A DNA stretch of 64,000 nucleotides from an uncultured Chloroflexia bacterium (GTDB lineage Bacteria > Chloroflexota > Limnocylindria > Limnocylindrales > CSP1-4), in NCBI GenBank assembly GCA_963734535.1, contig CAVTHS010000008.1, positions 64,001 to 128,000 on the forward strand, given 5' to 3'. The notes under the pieces are model-generated. The model saw nothing but the letters and a program-made list of their open reading frames with translations. It was not told the origin of the DNA and did no database searches. This document shows positions 1 to 9,530 of this stretch, piece after piece (the first letter of the stretch is position 1; each line of letters starts with the position of its first letter). A program made the position numbers and the translations under genes.

Positions 1-1223
1 GTCCGACGGTGGGGGTAGACGACTGCCTTGCCATCGATCTCACGCGCTTCCACGAGCCGGAGCAGGTCGGGCGCGTGTGCCAGGTCACCGATCCGCGTGA
101 TGTGCGCCCCGGCATCGATCGATCCGGTCGACATCAGGTCGAGCGTGCGCGCGATGTCCCAGGCGTAGCCGCCGCTCGAACCAGTGACGTTGACCTCCTG
201 GTAATGGATGGTCCGGGTGTCCAGCCCAACGATCTCGTGGCCCTTCGGGAGCCCGCCGAAGAGGTTCAGCACGGCGCCTCGACCGAGATAGCCCGGCGCG
301 GCGGCGATTGCCTGGGCGGAGCCGACCGCGACGATCACGTCGTCGGCACCCCGGTGGCCGGTCAGGTCCAGGACGACCTCGCGAATGTCCTGCCGGCCGG
401 CGTTCACGGTCCGCAGCTCGATCCCGGCCACCTGGGCGCGTTGGCCGAACAAGCGCTGCACCAGCTCGAGGCGGTCCTCGAGCATGTCAGCGCAGAGGAT
501 CACGCGCGGGCGATGCTGCAGCGCCACCTCGACGTGCATCCGGCCCATCACGCCTGCCCCGATCACGACCGTGACACCGTCCGGTCGGAGGCCCTTGTGG
601 ACCGTGCGCGGCGCAAGGGCACCCTGACGCGAGAGGTGGAGGTGGTGATCCTGGGCGGAGACGACGCACGAGAGCGGCTCGCTCACCGCGACGTGCGCGG
701 CGGCCGGCGCCGGATCGGGCAAGGGCAGCAGGCAGCCGGCCGCCAGGGTCTCCTCCGGGATCAGCACGTACTCGGCCAGGAAGCCCGGCAGGGTATAGCC
801 GGCCGCGACCTTCTCGACCCCACGTCCGCCCTCCCGATAGCGTCCCAGGTGGTTGACAGGGGGAACGTCGACCGCCGGCTGCACGGCAAAACGGGTTCCG
901 GCCGTGTATTCGCCGCGGAGCGACTCGCCGACTTCGATCAGCGTGACGGCACCCTCGTCGCCCAGGATCAGCGGCCAGCGGGTCACGTCCCAGCCGTACA
1001 CCAGGCTGTGTGCCGGCCCCTGTGCGATGAGCTTGAGCAGCGACGTGCAGATCCCGGCGGCGTCGACGCGCGCGAGCAGCTGGGTCGGGCCCGGCCGAGG
1101 CACCGGGATCCGCTCGACACGCAGGTGTTCCCAGCCGACCCCGTCGAGGATGAGCGCCCGCATCTCGAGCGGGATCGCCACCTGGCCGGCCAGTCGCTCG
1201 GCGGGAGATTGTTCGCTGTGCAT
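1..1223 (-). CDS. Zinc-binding medium-chain (MDR) alcohol/sugar dehydrogenase, partial (runs off the left edge)
   Basis: Hand translation of the minus strand from ATG 1223: MHSEQSPAERL...ARVDAAGICTS...LILGDEG...VVIGAGVMG (Rossmann motif)...IHYQEVNVTGSSGG. No stop before position 1. GGGAG RBS upstream. The + ORF 9..1244 is its antisense shadow. Confidence 0.85.
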   Translation of the reverse strand, partial: MHSEQSPAERLAGQVAIPLEMRALILDGVGWEHLRVERIPVPRPGPTQLLARVDAAGICTSLLKLIAQGPAHSLVYGWDVTRWPLILGDEGAVTLIEVGESLRGEYTAGTRFAVQPAVDVPPVNHLGRYREGGRGVEKVAAGYTLPGFLAEYVLIPEETLAAGCLLPLPDPAPAAAHVAVSEPLSCVVSAQDHHLHLSRQGALAPRTVHKGLRPDGVTVVIGAGVMGRMHVEVALQHRPRVILCADMLEDRLELVQRLFGQRAQVAGIELRTVNAGRQDIREVVLDLTGHRGADDVIVAVGSAQAIAAAPGYLGRGAVLNLFGGLPKGHEIVGLDTRTIHYQEVNVTGSSGGYAWDIARTLDLMSTGSIDAGAHITRIGDLAHAPDLLRLVEAREIDGKAVVYPHRR

Positions 1224-1289
1224 CCGATGCTCCCGATGGGGTGACGTGACGGTTGCGTGCTGGTGGGCTGTCCTGGTGGGCTGTTGTGG

Positions 1290-1520
1290 CCGGATCGTCC
1301 AGCCAAGGCTCATCGAGCAGGAGCTCGATGAGCTGATGCCCGGTGTCGCCGCAATCTCACTCGAGGGTCCGAAGGCCGTTGGAAAGACAGCCACGGCGCT
1401 GCGACGTTCGACCACGGTATTCCGGCTCGATGATCCCGCGCAACTCGAGGTCGTCATGGCCAGGCCGGAGCGTCTGGTTGCTGGCCCGCCGAAACGCTCA
1501 TCGACGAATGGCCTGAGTCG
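1290..1520 (+). pseudogene. N-terminal fragment of an AAA-family (DUF4143-type) ATP-binding protein
   Basis: PRLIEQELDELMPGVAAISLEGPKAVGKT (Walker A). Walker B LIDEW (1497-1511) is in another frame. No start codon or C-terminal part. Confidence 0.7.
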
Positions 1521-1859
1521 TCAGTGCATGCGGCGGGAGCGCTTCTGCCGCTGACGTCCGCCGCCTGCGCTGAGCTGGGCCGCCAGGCGCCGCCCGACGC
1601 GCTCGTCGAAGCGGCCCGCGAGGCTCCGGCCATCCGTCTGCTCGGCGGTCGCGAGCAGCGCCGCAGGAAGGCAGGCGCTGGCGCGCTGGAATTCGAGGCC
1701 CACGGCGCGCCCGTCGGCAAGCGAGAAGTCGAGCGCGACGAAGCCCCCGAACTCGCGGTCCGTCTCGAGCAGCAGCGTCGGACCGACCAGCTCTCCCTGG
1801 GCGAGCGGGCGCAGGGACAGGTATGCGACGTCCGTCGTCGCATCGTACGTGAGGCGCAT
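1521..1859 (-). CDS. DUF2283-like small protein
   Basis: MRLTYDATTDVAYLSL...VALDFSLADGRAVGLEF pattern; GGAGG RBS upstream. Confidence 0.7.
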   Translation of the reverse strand: MRLTYDATTDVAYLSLRPLAQGELVGPTLLLETDREFGGFVALDFSLADGRAVGLEFQRASACLPAALLATAEQTDGRSLAGRFDERVGRRLAAQLSAGGGRQRQKRSRRMH

Positions 1860-2139
1860 CGACCCTCCGGCGATTGCCCTCGACACGGGGGCACGATCGA
1901 CGTAGAAGGTCACGGCCCGCGCCCCGGAATTCTCGTCACCAGCGGAGGATCGCGCCTCCGTGTGCCAGCTCGGCTGGCACGACATGGCCCGTCGCCCTGA
2001 CTGTGCAGAACTCGAGGGATCGCGGGGACTGGTACGACGCCCGGATCGCTCCTCGTGCCCCACCCCGCATCCTCCGCAACCCTCGGCGCTAGAGTCGACG
2101 GGACATCGCCACCGAACCACCGCGAGGAACGAGGAGCAC

Positions 2140-2514
2140 ATGACCGAGATCGAGATCGCTGACGGTCACCTGCGCGTGGTGGTCGAGGGGTTCGACAAGG
2201 TGCTCGCCCTCAAGAGCAGCGTGGAGGTGCCGCTCACCCATGTCCGGGGCGCGTCGCAGGATCCGGACGCGCTCCGCGAGCGGCATGGGTTGCGCCTTGG
2301 GGGCACCTCGCTCCCGGGCGTCATCGCGGCGGGCACGTTCTTCGACGGGCGGTGGTGGTTCCTGGACGTCCACCACCCCGAGGATGCGGTGAGGATCGAC
2401 CTCGACCACGAGCACTACGCCGCCCTCATCGTGGAAGTCGAGAACCCCGAGGAAACCGTGGCGGCGATCAACGCGGCCGTCGCGGCCCTGGCATCGAGCG
2501 GACCTGCTCACTGA
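2140..2514 (+). CDS. Conserved hypothetical protein
   Basis: GAGGAG RBS then MTEIEIADGHLRVVVEGFDKVLALKS...RLGGTSLPGVIAAGTF; normal protein composition. Confidence 0.8.
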   Translation: MTEIEIADGHLRVVVEGFDKVLALKSSVEVPLTHVRGASQDPDALRERHGLRLGGTSLPGVIAAGTFFDGRWWFLDVHHPEDAVRIDLDHEHYAALIVEVENPEETVAAINAAVAALASSGPAH

Positions 2515-2715
2515 GCGGCCGCCCGGGCTGCGAGAGCTCTGCCGCAACCCGCTGGCGGATGGCTCCGAGATCACGGGTTCACTGGTCGGCGCGAGCGTTC
2601 CACCTGCTGGCCCCGCCCGCGACTCGAGGTACGCCCACCCCCATACTCGCCCCTTCGCACCGGGGGGCGTCCCTGCCATCAGGCTGTCGAGACGCGCCTC
2701 CATCAGGGGGCTGGC

Positions 2716-2982
2716 ATGCCGAAGGTCGTCATCACGCACAAGGTCGTGGACATCGAGCGGTGGCTGAAGGGCAAGGCCGAGCGGGCCGCCGTCGTCGGGG
2801 CATACGCCACGAACGTGACGGATCACGTCGCGATGGACGGGAGCAACAACATCGCCGTCACGGCCGACGTTCACGACCTGGCGGGCGCGCAGGCAATGAT
2901 GGCCTCGCCGTCGCCTGAGGATGCGGCCGCGATGGAACGGCACGGGGTCATCCCCCCGCTGACCGTGTACGTCGAGAAGTAG
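2716..2982 (+). CDS. Small hypothetical protein (dimeric alpha-beta barrel/cyclase-like)
   Basis: MPKVVITHKVVDIERW...AAMERHGVIPPLTVYVEK; strong GC3 codon bias. Confidence 0.75.
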   Translation: MPKVVITHKVVDIERWLKGKAERAAVVGAYATNVTDHVAMDGSNNIAVTADVHDLAGAQAMMASPSPEDAAAMERHGVIPPLTVYVEK

Positions 2983-3166
2983 TCCGACCCCGGGAGCCGG
3001 GCGCCGCGAGAGCCCGTAGGGGTCGCGGCGCCTGGCTGGAGAGCTCCTGGCCGGCAGGTCATCAACGACGGTCTCACCTGCCGAGGGGTCGCGACGCCGA
3101 GTTCTCCGGGCCGCCGGGGGCGCAGCAGGCTCACGACGACGGCACAAGAAGGACGGAGGCACGAAC

Positions 3167-3835
3167 GTGGAGCGGCATCTTGTCGATGCGGTGTTGGACG
3201 CCGCCGCGAGAGTGGTCGCGGGCGGAGCCATCTCGGCGAACGGGCACGGCAACGTCAGTCTGCGTGTCCCGGGCGCGGACGAGATGTACTACACGGCCGC
3301 CCCGTCCCTGAAGGGCCTGGGGCCGGACGGCATCGTCCGCGTTGCGCTCGACGGGACGCTGCTGGAGGGCAACCTGCCCCCGATCCAGGGCGCCGTCGTG
3401 GCGATGCACACGGCGATGTACCGGGACCATCCCGATGTTGGCTGCGTCGCGCACACGCATTCGCCATATGCCACCGCGTTTGCCGTCGCCAACCGTCCGA
3501 TCGCCTGCTGGCTCGAGGCGCTCGCGATGTTCGGGCTGGCCGACGGGGTGCCGGTCGCCGCCTACGGTCCACGAGGATCGGAGCAGGCCGTCGCCAACAT
3601 CCGCGCGGCGGTACGACCGGGTGTGCCGGCGGTGCTGCTCGCCAATCATGGGGTGCTCGTGTTCCACCGCACGCCGGACCTCGCGATCCTCGTCGGTGGG
3701 GTCATCGAGGAGGCCGCGCAGGCGGCGATCAACGCAATGGCGCTGGGCGGTCCGGTTGAGATCGCGGGCGACCTTCGGGCTGCCGCGCTCCAGCGGGCAA
3801 TGGTGTTCGACACGGCCGGGACGAAGAGCGCCTGA
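3167..3835 (+). CDS. Class II aldolase/adducin family protein
   Basis: GHGNVS, MHTAMY, VAHTHSPYATAFA and LLANHGVL motifs; GGAGG RBS. Confidence 0.92.
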   Translation: MERHLVDAVLDAAARVVAGGAISANGHGNVSLRVPGADEMYYTAAPSLKGLGPDGIVRVALDGTLLEGNLPPIQGAVVAMHTAMYRDHPDVGCVAHTHSPYATAFAVANRPIACWLEALAMFGLADGVPVAAYGPRGSEQAVANIRAAVRPGVPAVLLANHGVLVFHRTPDLAILVGGVIEEAAQAAINAMALGGPVEIAGDLRAAALQRAMVFDTAGTKSA

Positions 3836-3946
3836 CGCCGCACCCCTCTCCGCCCGGATGCCGCGGCGCACACTGTCCGGAGACGGTAAAGGTCGGCACC
3901 CCGGAAGCGAGTGTCGCGGCGCGACCGCGGAGGTCGTCCTTCGCGG

Positions 3947-5293
3947 TCAGGCGGCTGCGGGCTCGCGACGAGCGGCCCGGCCGCGGCGCGGCTCGACCAC
4001 CGGTCGGAGCGCGACGGCGGCCAGCACATAGAGCGCGAGTGCCACCAGGAGCGAGACGCGCATCCCGACTCCCATGCCGGCGGCCCGGTTGACGATGTCG
4101 GCGATGATGCCGCCGACCGCGACGGAGACCTGTGACGACGCGCCCGTCGCCACGTTGGACAGGCCCATGTACCGCCCCGACGATGCTCGCGGGATGATGT
4201 CGGTCATCAGCGCCCAGTCGACCGCGATGAAGATCCCGCCGCCGATCCCGTACAGGAGCGCCGCGAGGTAGGCGACGGCGAGGTTCGGCGCAAGCGCCCC
4301 GAGGAGCATCGCCACCGCCCCGATCGCGCAGCTGACGTAGATCACGGGCTTCCGGCCGAATTGGTCGGAAAGCCGCCCCGCGGGAACGCTCACGATGACG
4401 ATCGCGATGACGATCAGGATCGACATCGTCCGCTGCGCGCCGGCGGCCTCGTCCTGCGGCAGGCCGTGCACCTGCGAGAGGTACTGCACGGCAAGGTTGA
4501 ACAGGATCCCGCCAGCGGTCAGGAACAGGAACCGCGAGGCGAGCAGCCACAGGTAGGAATGCTCCCGAAGGATGTCGGTCGCCCACGTCTCCCGGGCGAT
4601 CCGCGCCCACGACCTGCCCTCGCGCGGCCGTGGAGGCAGGCCGTTGCCCACCCGCAGGACCACGCTCGCCATCGTCACCAGCTCCACCACGGCGACGGCG
4701 ATCAGCGCGATCGGCAGGCTGCCCGCCTGGACCGCGAACGTGGCGAGCAGGACGCCCGTGACGTTGCCGACGATCTGCATCATCCCGACGAGTGCGCTCG
4801 CCAGCCCGACCTGCTTCTCGGCGACCAGATCCGGCACGTAGCCCTGGAACGGACCGCGCGCGATGTTCGTGCTCACCGAGAGCAGCGCCACGAACGCCGC
4901 GAGCGAGAGCAGCGTGTTGGAGTACGCGATCCCGAGCAGGAACAGGACGTCCAGCAGGGACCCGACGACGATGAACGGCTTGCGCCGCCCCCAGCGGGTG
5001 ACCGCGAAGTCGCTGATGTAGCCGACGGTCGGCTGGACGAGGATAGAGAGGATGGCGCCGGCCAGCCCCACCAGGGCTGTGGTCGTGCCGATCATCAGCT
5101 CGTCCGGCATCAGCGTGCGGTCGAAGTTGATCCGGTTCTGGACCACGATGTTGACCGCCGAGTCGATCGCGGTCAGGCCCAGCCAGTAGGCGGAGATCCG
5201 CAGCAGGTGCGAGGCGGGCAGGAGCGTCGTGGGCCTGGAGCCGTCCTCCCCGCCGGGCGTGGCGCCCATCGCGATCGTCGCCGTCTCGTCCAC
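3947..5293 (-). CDS. MFS transporter (sugar/GPH-like)
   Basis: About 12 TM segments; GYISDFAVTRWGRRKPF and GRLSDQFGRKP motif-A copies. Confidence 0.92.
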   Translation of the reverse strand: MDETATIAMGATPGGEDGSRPTTLLPASHLLRISAYWLGLTAIDSAVNIVVQNRINFDRTLMPDELMIGTTTALVGLAGAILSILVQPTVGYISDFAVTRWGRRKPFIVVGSLLDVLFLLGIAYSNTLLSLAAFVALLSVSTNIARGPFQGYVPDLVAEKQVGLASALVGMMQIVGNVTGVLLATFAVQAGSLPIALIAVAVVELVTMASVVLRVGNGLPPRPREGRSWARIARETWATDILREHSYLWLLASRFLFLTAGGILFNLAVQYLSQVHGLPQDEAAGAQRTMSILIVIAIVIVSVPAGRLSDQFGRKPVIYVSCAIGAVAMLLGALAPNLAVAYLAALLYGIGGGIFIAVDWALMTDIIPRASSGRYMGLSNVATGASSQVSVAVGGIIADIVNRAAGMGVGMRVSLLVALALYVLAAVALRPVVEPRRGRAARREPAAA

Positions 5294-5491
5294 GTTCGCC
5301 TCCCAGACCCCGGGGTCAGGTCACCGCTCGTCGTTCGCGGGTTGCTGGTGAGACGTGCGAGCGCGCGGTTCGTTGCGGTCGCCGGTTCTCACGGGCCCCG
5401 CCATCCCCCAGCAACAAACGAAGGATCGGCGCGTCACACGGGCCAGCAGACCGGGACCGCGAGCTGATCTCGTCGACGACGCCGGGTGGGC

Positions 5492-7849
5492 TTACGCCCT
5501 TCGGGCGCCGGGCGGCGCGGGGTTGCGACCGACCACGTCGGCGATGACGAAACCCGCGAGGAGGACGCCGAGCGCGGCGCCGGTCTCGCCCAGGAGGTCC
5601 GGGCGGCCAAGCCCGATCGCAACAGCGACCGCGATCGCCACGGCCCCCAGGAGCAGGAACTCGAGCCAGATCGTCCGCCGGCGGAACATCGTCGACGATC
5701 GCCGACGGGCGATCGATCGCTCCGACTCGTCCCAGGCGGCCCAGCGCCAGGCCCCGATCCGGGCGAGCACCTGGTACACGGCGATCGCGACGGCGGTCGC
5801 GGCGACGACCTTCCGAATGTTCGCGTCGACGATCACGCCGCCGACCGCGATCGCGGCGACGGCGAGCGCTCCCAGGAGGATCGCGAGCCGTGTCGGGATC
5901 GGCATCGCGCGACCAACTGCGTCGAAGCCGCGCCGCAACGGCCCGACCGCGAGGACGACGAAGATCGCCAGCACGATGACGAACCCGTTCCGCAGCGGGG
6001 TGTCGCCGAGCCGCTCGGCGAGCGACGAGACGCCGCGAACCGGGTCGTGGGCCTCCGCCGCCCGCACGCCGAGCGCCATGACGAGCCCGACGAAGAACAC
6101 GCCGGCGTCAAGGAAGACGAAGACCCCCTTCCGCCAGCCGGACCAGATCTCCGATCGACCGATCGGCAGGATCGCCTGCACGATCGCGAGCAGGTAGAGC
6201 ACGGCGAACAGCGACGCGGCGGCCGTGACGAACCACTCGGCGCCCGGTGACGGCACCAGTCGATGGAGTGCGGAGATGAGCTCGCTCGAGCCGGGCACGA
6301 ACGTCGCGATCGAGCGGGCCACGTCGCGCAGCTCGGGGATGAGTCCCCCGGATGGCGTGAGGAACGCGGTCATGATCGCCATGAGCGGCACCACGAACAT
6401 GAGCCGCCGCCAGAGCGCGAGGATGAAGACGCGCTGCTGCCGTCGCTCGATGCGCGCCTCCCGTTCCGGCGCGAAGCGGGACGGCGCTCCGGGTCGGCCG
6501 GCCGTCTCGATCTCGGAGAGAAGCTCGCCGACGAACTCCTCGTCGTTCGAGAAGTACGTGGTGTGATCCTCGACGATGCTCATCCGGTTCCAGACTTCGG
6601 TGTCCTCGAAGGCAATGCCGGGGGCGGGCGGCGTCGCCGGGTCGGCCTCCTCGAGGCGGCCGGCGGAGGCCGGGTCGTGCGTCGCGTGGAAGTCCCGCCA
6701 GCGGGCGATCCGGAGTGGAAGGCCCCGCTCGATGCGGACCCCGGGGCTGGTCTGGATGTCACCCTCGGCGTGGTGGATCATCCGGCCCATCTCGATCGCC
6801 TGCCCGTGAGTGACCAGGGTGTCCGCCAATTCCGAAAGGGCCGGGTCGGACAGGGTCATGTAGCTGATGATCGCGCCGCCCGAATGCGCAACCACGACGA
6901 CTCGCGCACAACCGAAGGCCCGGAGCGCCTGGATCGTCTTGGCCACCTGCCCGCGAATGTTCGCCGCCTGGACCGGATCGTCGAGGAGGACGTAGACATC
7001 GCCCCAGGAGGCCGTCAGGAACGTGTCGAGTGAGAGCCGGGCGAGAGCGTCCTGGAGCGGCCGATACGGGATGACCCGCGCCGCCGCCCGGAGCAGCGCA
7101 TAGCCCAGCAGCCCGAACGTGACGACGACCGAGACGACGGACGACAGGCCCATCTCGGCGGCGGCCCGCCCCGCGCTGCTGCGCGGATGGGCAGTTGCCC
7201 CCGCCAGCCGTCCGGCGAGCCTGGGCGTCGTGGCGGGCCGCGACCCGGCGGATCCCTCGGATCCCTCCGAGGCCACGGCGGACGTCTGCGACTCCGCGGC
7301 CGCCTTGACCTGGCTCTCGGAGACCATGGATCCCTCGACGATCCGTTCGACGACGGTGGCGACCACGCCGCGCGGCCCGCACCAGTCGATCATGGTCCCG
7401 AGCGTCGGAGGCTCGACGTCCTGTGCCCAGCGCGCCTCGGTCATCACCCATGTCTGGGGGGCAAACGGACCCGCCTCGCCGGTCGTCCCGGGCACGCGGA
7501 TCGTGACCAGCGGCATGCCGGTGCCATCGAAGTCGATCTGCGTCCGGACCACCCGGTCGCTGCTCCAGGTCCGGGTGCCGTCGGGTTGGGCGGGCCGCGA
7601 GGAGGCCCAGTCGGCGACGGCCTGGACGATCGGCCGCGACCACCCGAGGAGGATCTCGGCCCGGGCCTGGTCACCGATCCCGTGGACGAAGACGACGCCC
7701 GTGGTCGAGGCGTCGATCTCGGGGAGGTCAACGGCGGAGGCCGTCGGGGCAGCGGCGACCCCGGTGGCAGCGGAGGCGACCGTGGCGTCCAGGGAATCCG
7801 CGGTTCGCTGGAGCAGGCTCGGGCCCTGCTTGCGGGAGTTGATGCTCAT
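5492..7849 (-). CDS. Membrane protein with an N-terminal alpha/beta-hydrolase-like domain
   Basis: VVFVHGIG, VVVVAHSGG, HATHDP and DHTTYF, followed by multiple TM helices. Confidence 0.75.
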   Translation of the reverse strand: MSINSRKQGPSLLQRTADSLDATVASAATGVAAAPTASAVDLPEIDASTTGVVFVHGIGDQARAEILLGWSRPIVQAVADWASSRPAQPDGTRTWSSDRVVRTQIDFDGTGMPLVTIRVPGTTGEAGPFAPQTWVMTEARWAQDVEPPTLGTMIDWCGPRGVVATVVERIVEGSMVSESQVKAAAESQTSAVASEGSEGSAGSRPATTPRLAGRLAGATAHPRSSAGRAAAEMGLSSVVSVVVTFGLLGYALLRAAARVIPYRPLQDALARLSLDTFLTASWGDVYVLLDDPVQAANIRGQVAKTIQALRAFGCARVVVVAHSGGAIISYMTLSDPALSELADTLVTHGQAIEMGRMIHHAEGDIQTSPGVRIERGLPLRIARWRDFHATHDPASAGRLEEADPATPPAPGIAFEDTEVWNRMSIVEDHTTYFSNDEEFVGELLSEIETAGRPGAPSRFAPEREARIERRQQRVFILALWRRLMFVVPLMAIMTAFLTPSGGLIPELRDVARSIATFVPGSSELISALHRLVPSPGAEWFVTAAASLFAVLYLLAIVQAILPIGRSEIWSGWRKGVFVFLDAGVFFVGLVMALGVRAAEAHDPVRGVSSLAERLGDTPLRNGFVIVLAIFVVLAVGPLRRGFDAVGRAMPIPTRLAILLGALAVAAIAVGGVIVDANIRKVVAATAVAIAVYQVLARIGAWRWAAWDESERSIARRRSSTMFRRRTIWLEFLLLGAVAIAVAVAIGLGRPDLLGETGAALGVLLAGFVIADVVGRNPAPPGARRA

Positions 7850-7927
7850 GGCCCCCCATTGCCGATGGCTCCGTGCGCGTCCCCGGCGACCCGGCGCGGC
7901 TCGATCGCTGCGAGCGCGTCCCCTGCG

Positions 7928-8173
7928 CTACGAGGGCGATTGCTTCCTGGCGCGTCGCCGAACCCGCCGTGCCACGGCGGTCGCCGCCAGGCTCACGAGG
8001 AGGCTCGTCAGCACCGGCTGCCACGTCGGGGGTCGCCCACGCCGGATTTCCTCGGTGTCCATGAACACGCCGCGACACGTCGGGCAGCGCCAGGCCCCGG
8101 AGCGCCGCCCAAGCGGCTTCATCACCACCCCGTCCTTTGGACATGTCCACGCGGTGCCTGTCTCGTCCGCCAT
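7928..8173 (-). CDS. zf-TFIIB-like zinc-ribbon protein with a C-terminal hydrophobic/basic tail
   Basis: CPKD...CPTCRGVFMD; GGAGGGAG RBS. Confidence 0.7.
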   Translation of the reverse strand: MADETGTAWTCPKDGVVMKPLGRRSGAWRCPTCRGVFMDTEEIRRGRPPTWQPVLTSLLVSLAATAVARRVRRRARKQSPS

Positions 8174-8442
8174 CAATCTCTCCCTCCGTTGCGCCTGCTC
8201 GCACGGCGAGCCCGATGCACCGCCACGGGTGGCGTCGCCCCGGCACGTCGAGCACCCGCCGCTCGGCGTGCCGGCGTCGCCTGCCGGCACGGTACCGTGC
8301 CCGGGTGCACCTGGGAAGCCCTGTGCCCGGGCGAGGGTGTCGCTCGATCGGAGCAGCGCGCCCTCCCGCATGGCACCATCGCGTGGTCGCCGGTCCACGG
8401 CCACGCCCGGCAGATGCAGCGCGGAGGTCCAGGGAAACCACC

Positions 8443-9414
8443 ATGCCAGGCCCAGCGCTTGCCCACCTGCCGACCCGCCTCGAGCCGGCCGATCGCCTCG
8501 GGGCGGCGCTCGGACTTCCGCCAGGGCGCCTCTGGGTCAAGCGCGACGACTGCACCGGGCTCGCCACCGGTGGAAACAAGGCGCGAAAGCTGGAGCTCCT
8601 GGTCGCTGACGCCCGCGCCCGCGGCTGCGATGTTCTCGTCACAGCGGGCGGGCCGCAGAGCAACCACGCCCGCATGACGGCGGCCGCGGCGGCCCGGTCC
8701 GGCATGGGCTGCGTCCTCGTGTTCAACAGCGACCGACCGGGGCGGACGGAATCGAACCAGGTTCTCGCAGTCCTCTTCGACGCCGAGCGTCGCTTCCTCG
8801 GGCCGCTCGCGATGGAAGAGCTCGATGCTGCCGTGGAGCGCGTCGCGGTCGAGCTGCGCGACGACGGCCGCCGGCCGTACGTGATCCCGATCGGGGGATC
8901 GTCGCCGCTCGGCGCATCGGCGTATGCCGCGGCCGCCGAGGAGATCCTCGCCGACCTCGGCCACGACGATCTCCTGGTGATCACCGCCACGGGAACCGGT
9001 GGGACCCAGGCGGGGCTGGCGGCACGGCTCGGTCACGAACGGGTGCTCGGCATCGACGTGGGCGCCCTCGTCGACCCGGTGGCCGCGGTCCGGCGCCTGG
9101 CGATCGAGGTGGCAGCGCTCCGCCACCTGCCCGCGCCGGTCGGCGAGCCCCGAGTCGGCCGGGACCAGATCGGTGCCGGGTACGGTGCCGTGACCGATGG
9201 GTGCCTCGGAGCGATCCGGCTCGCGGCTCGCACCGAGGCACTGCTGCTCGACCCGGTCTACTCGGGCAAGGCGATGGCGGGGCTGATGGCCCTGCCGCGG
9301 TCCGAGCTGCGCGCCACCGCCATCGTCTTCCTGGCGACTGGCGGCGTGCCGGCCCTCTTCGAGTCCAGGTTCGCCGACTCGCTCGTCACGCCGGCGCGAG
9401 CGACAACCCCCTGA
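8443..9414 (+). CDS. D-cysteine desulfhydrase/ACC deaminase family PLP enzyme
   Basis: WVKRDD, GGNKARKLE, QSNHAR and LLDPVYSGKAM motifs. Confidence 0.92.
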   Translation: MPGPALAHLPTRLEPADRLGAALGLPPGRLWVKRDDCTGLATGGNKARKLELLVADARARGCDVLVTAGGPQSNHARMTAAAAARSGMGCVLVFNSDRPGRTESNQVLAVLFDAERRFLGPLAMEELDAAVERVAVELRDDGRRPYVIPIGGSSPLGASAYAAAAEEILADLGHDDLLVITATGTGGTQAGLAARLGHERVLGIDVGALVDPVAAVRRLAIEVAALRHLPAPVGEPRVGRDQIGAGYGAVTDGCLGAIRLAARTEALLLDPVYSGKAMAGLMALPRSELRATAIVFLATGGVPALFESRFADSLVTPARATTP

Positions 9415-9530
9415 CGTTCTCAGGCCCCGATAGGACGATTGGCGAGGCGAAAGGGCCCGGCGCGAGCGATACCCTCGCCGTGCCGAGCGTCCCGGCGTCG
9501 TTCGTCCACGCGCACAGCCAGGGAGCACGC

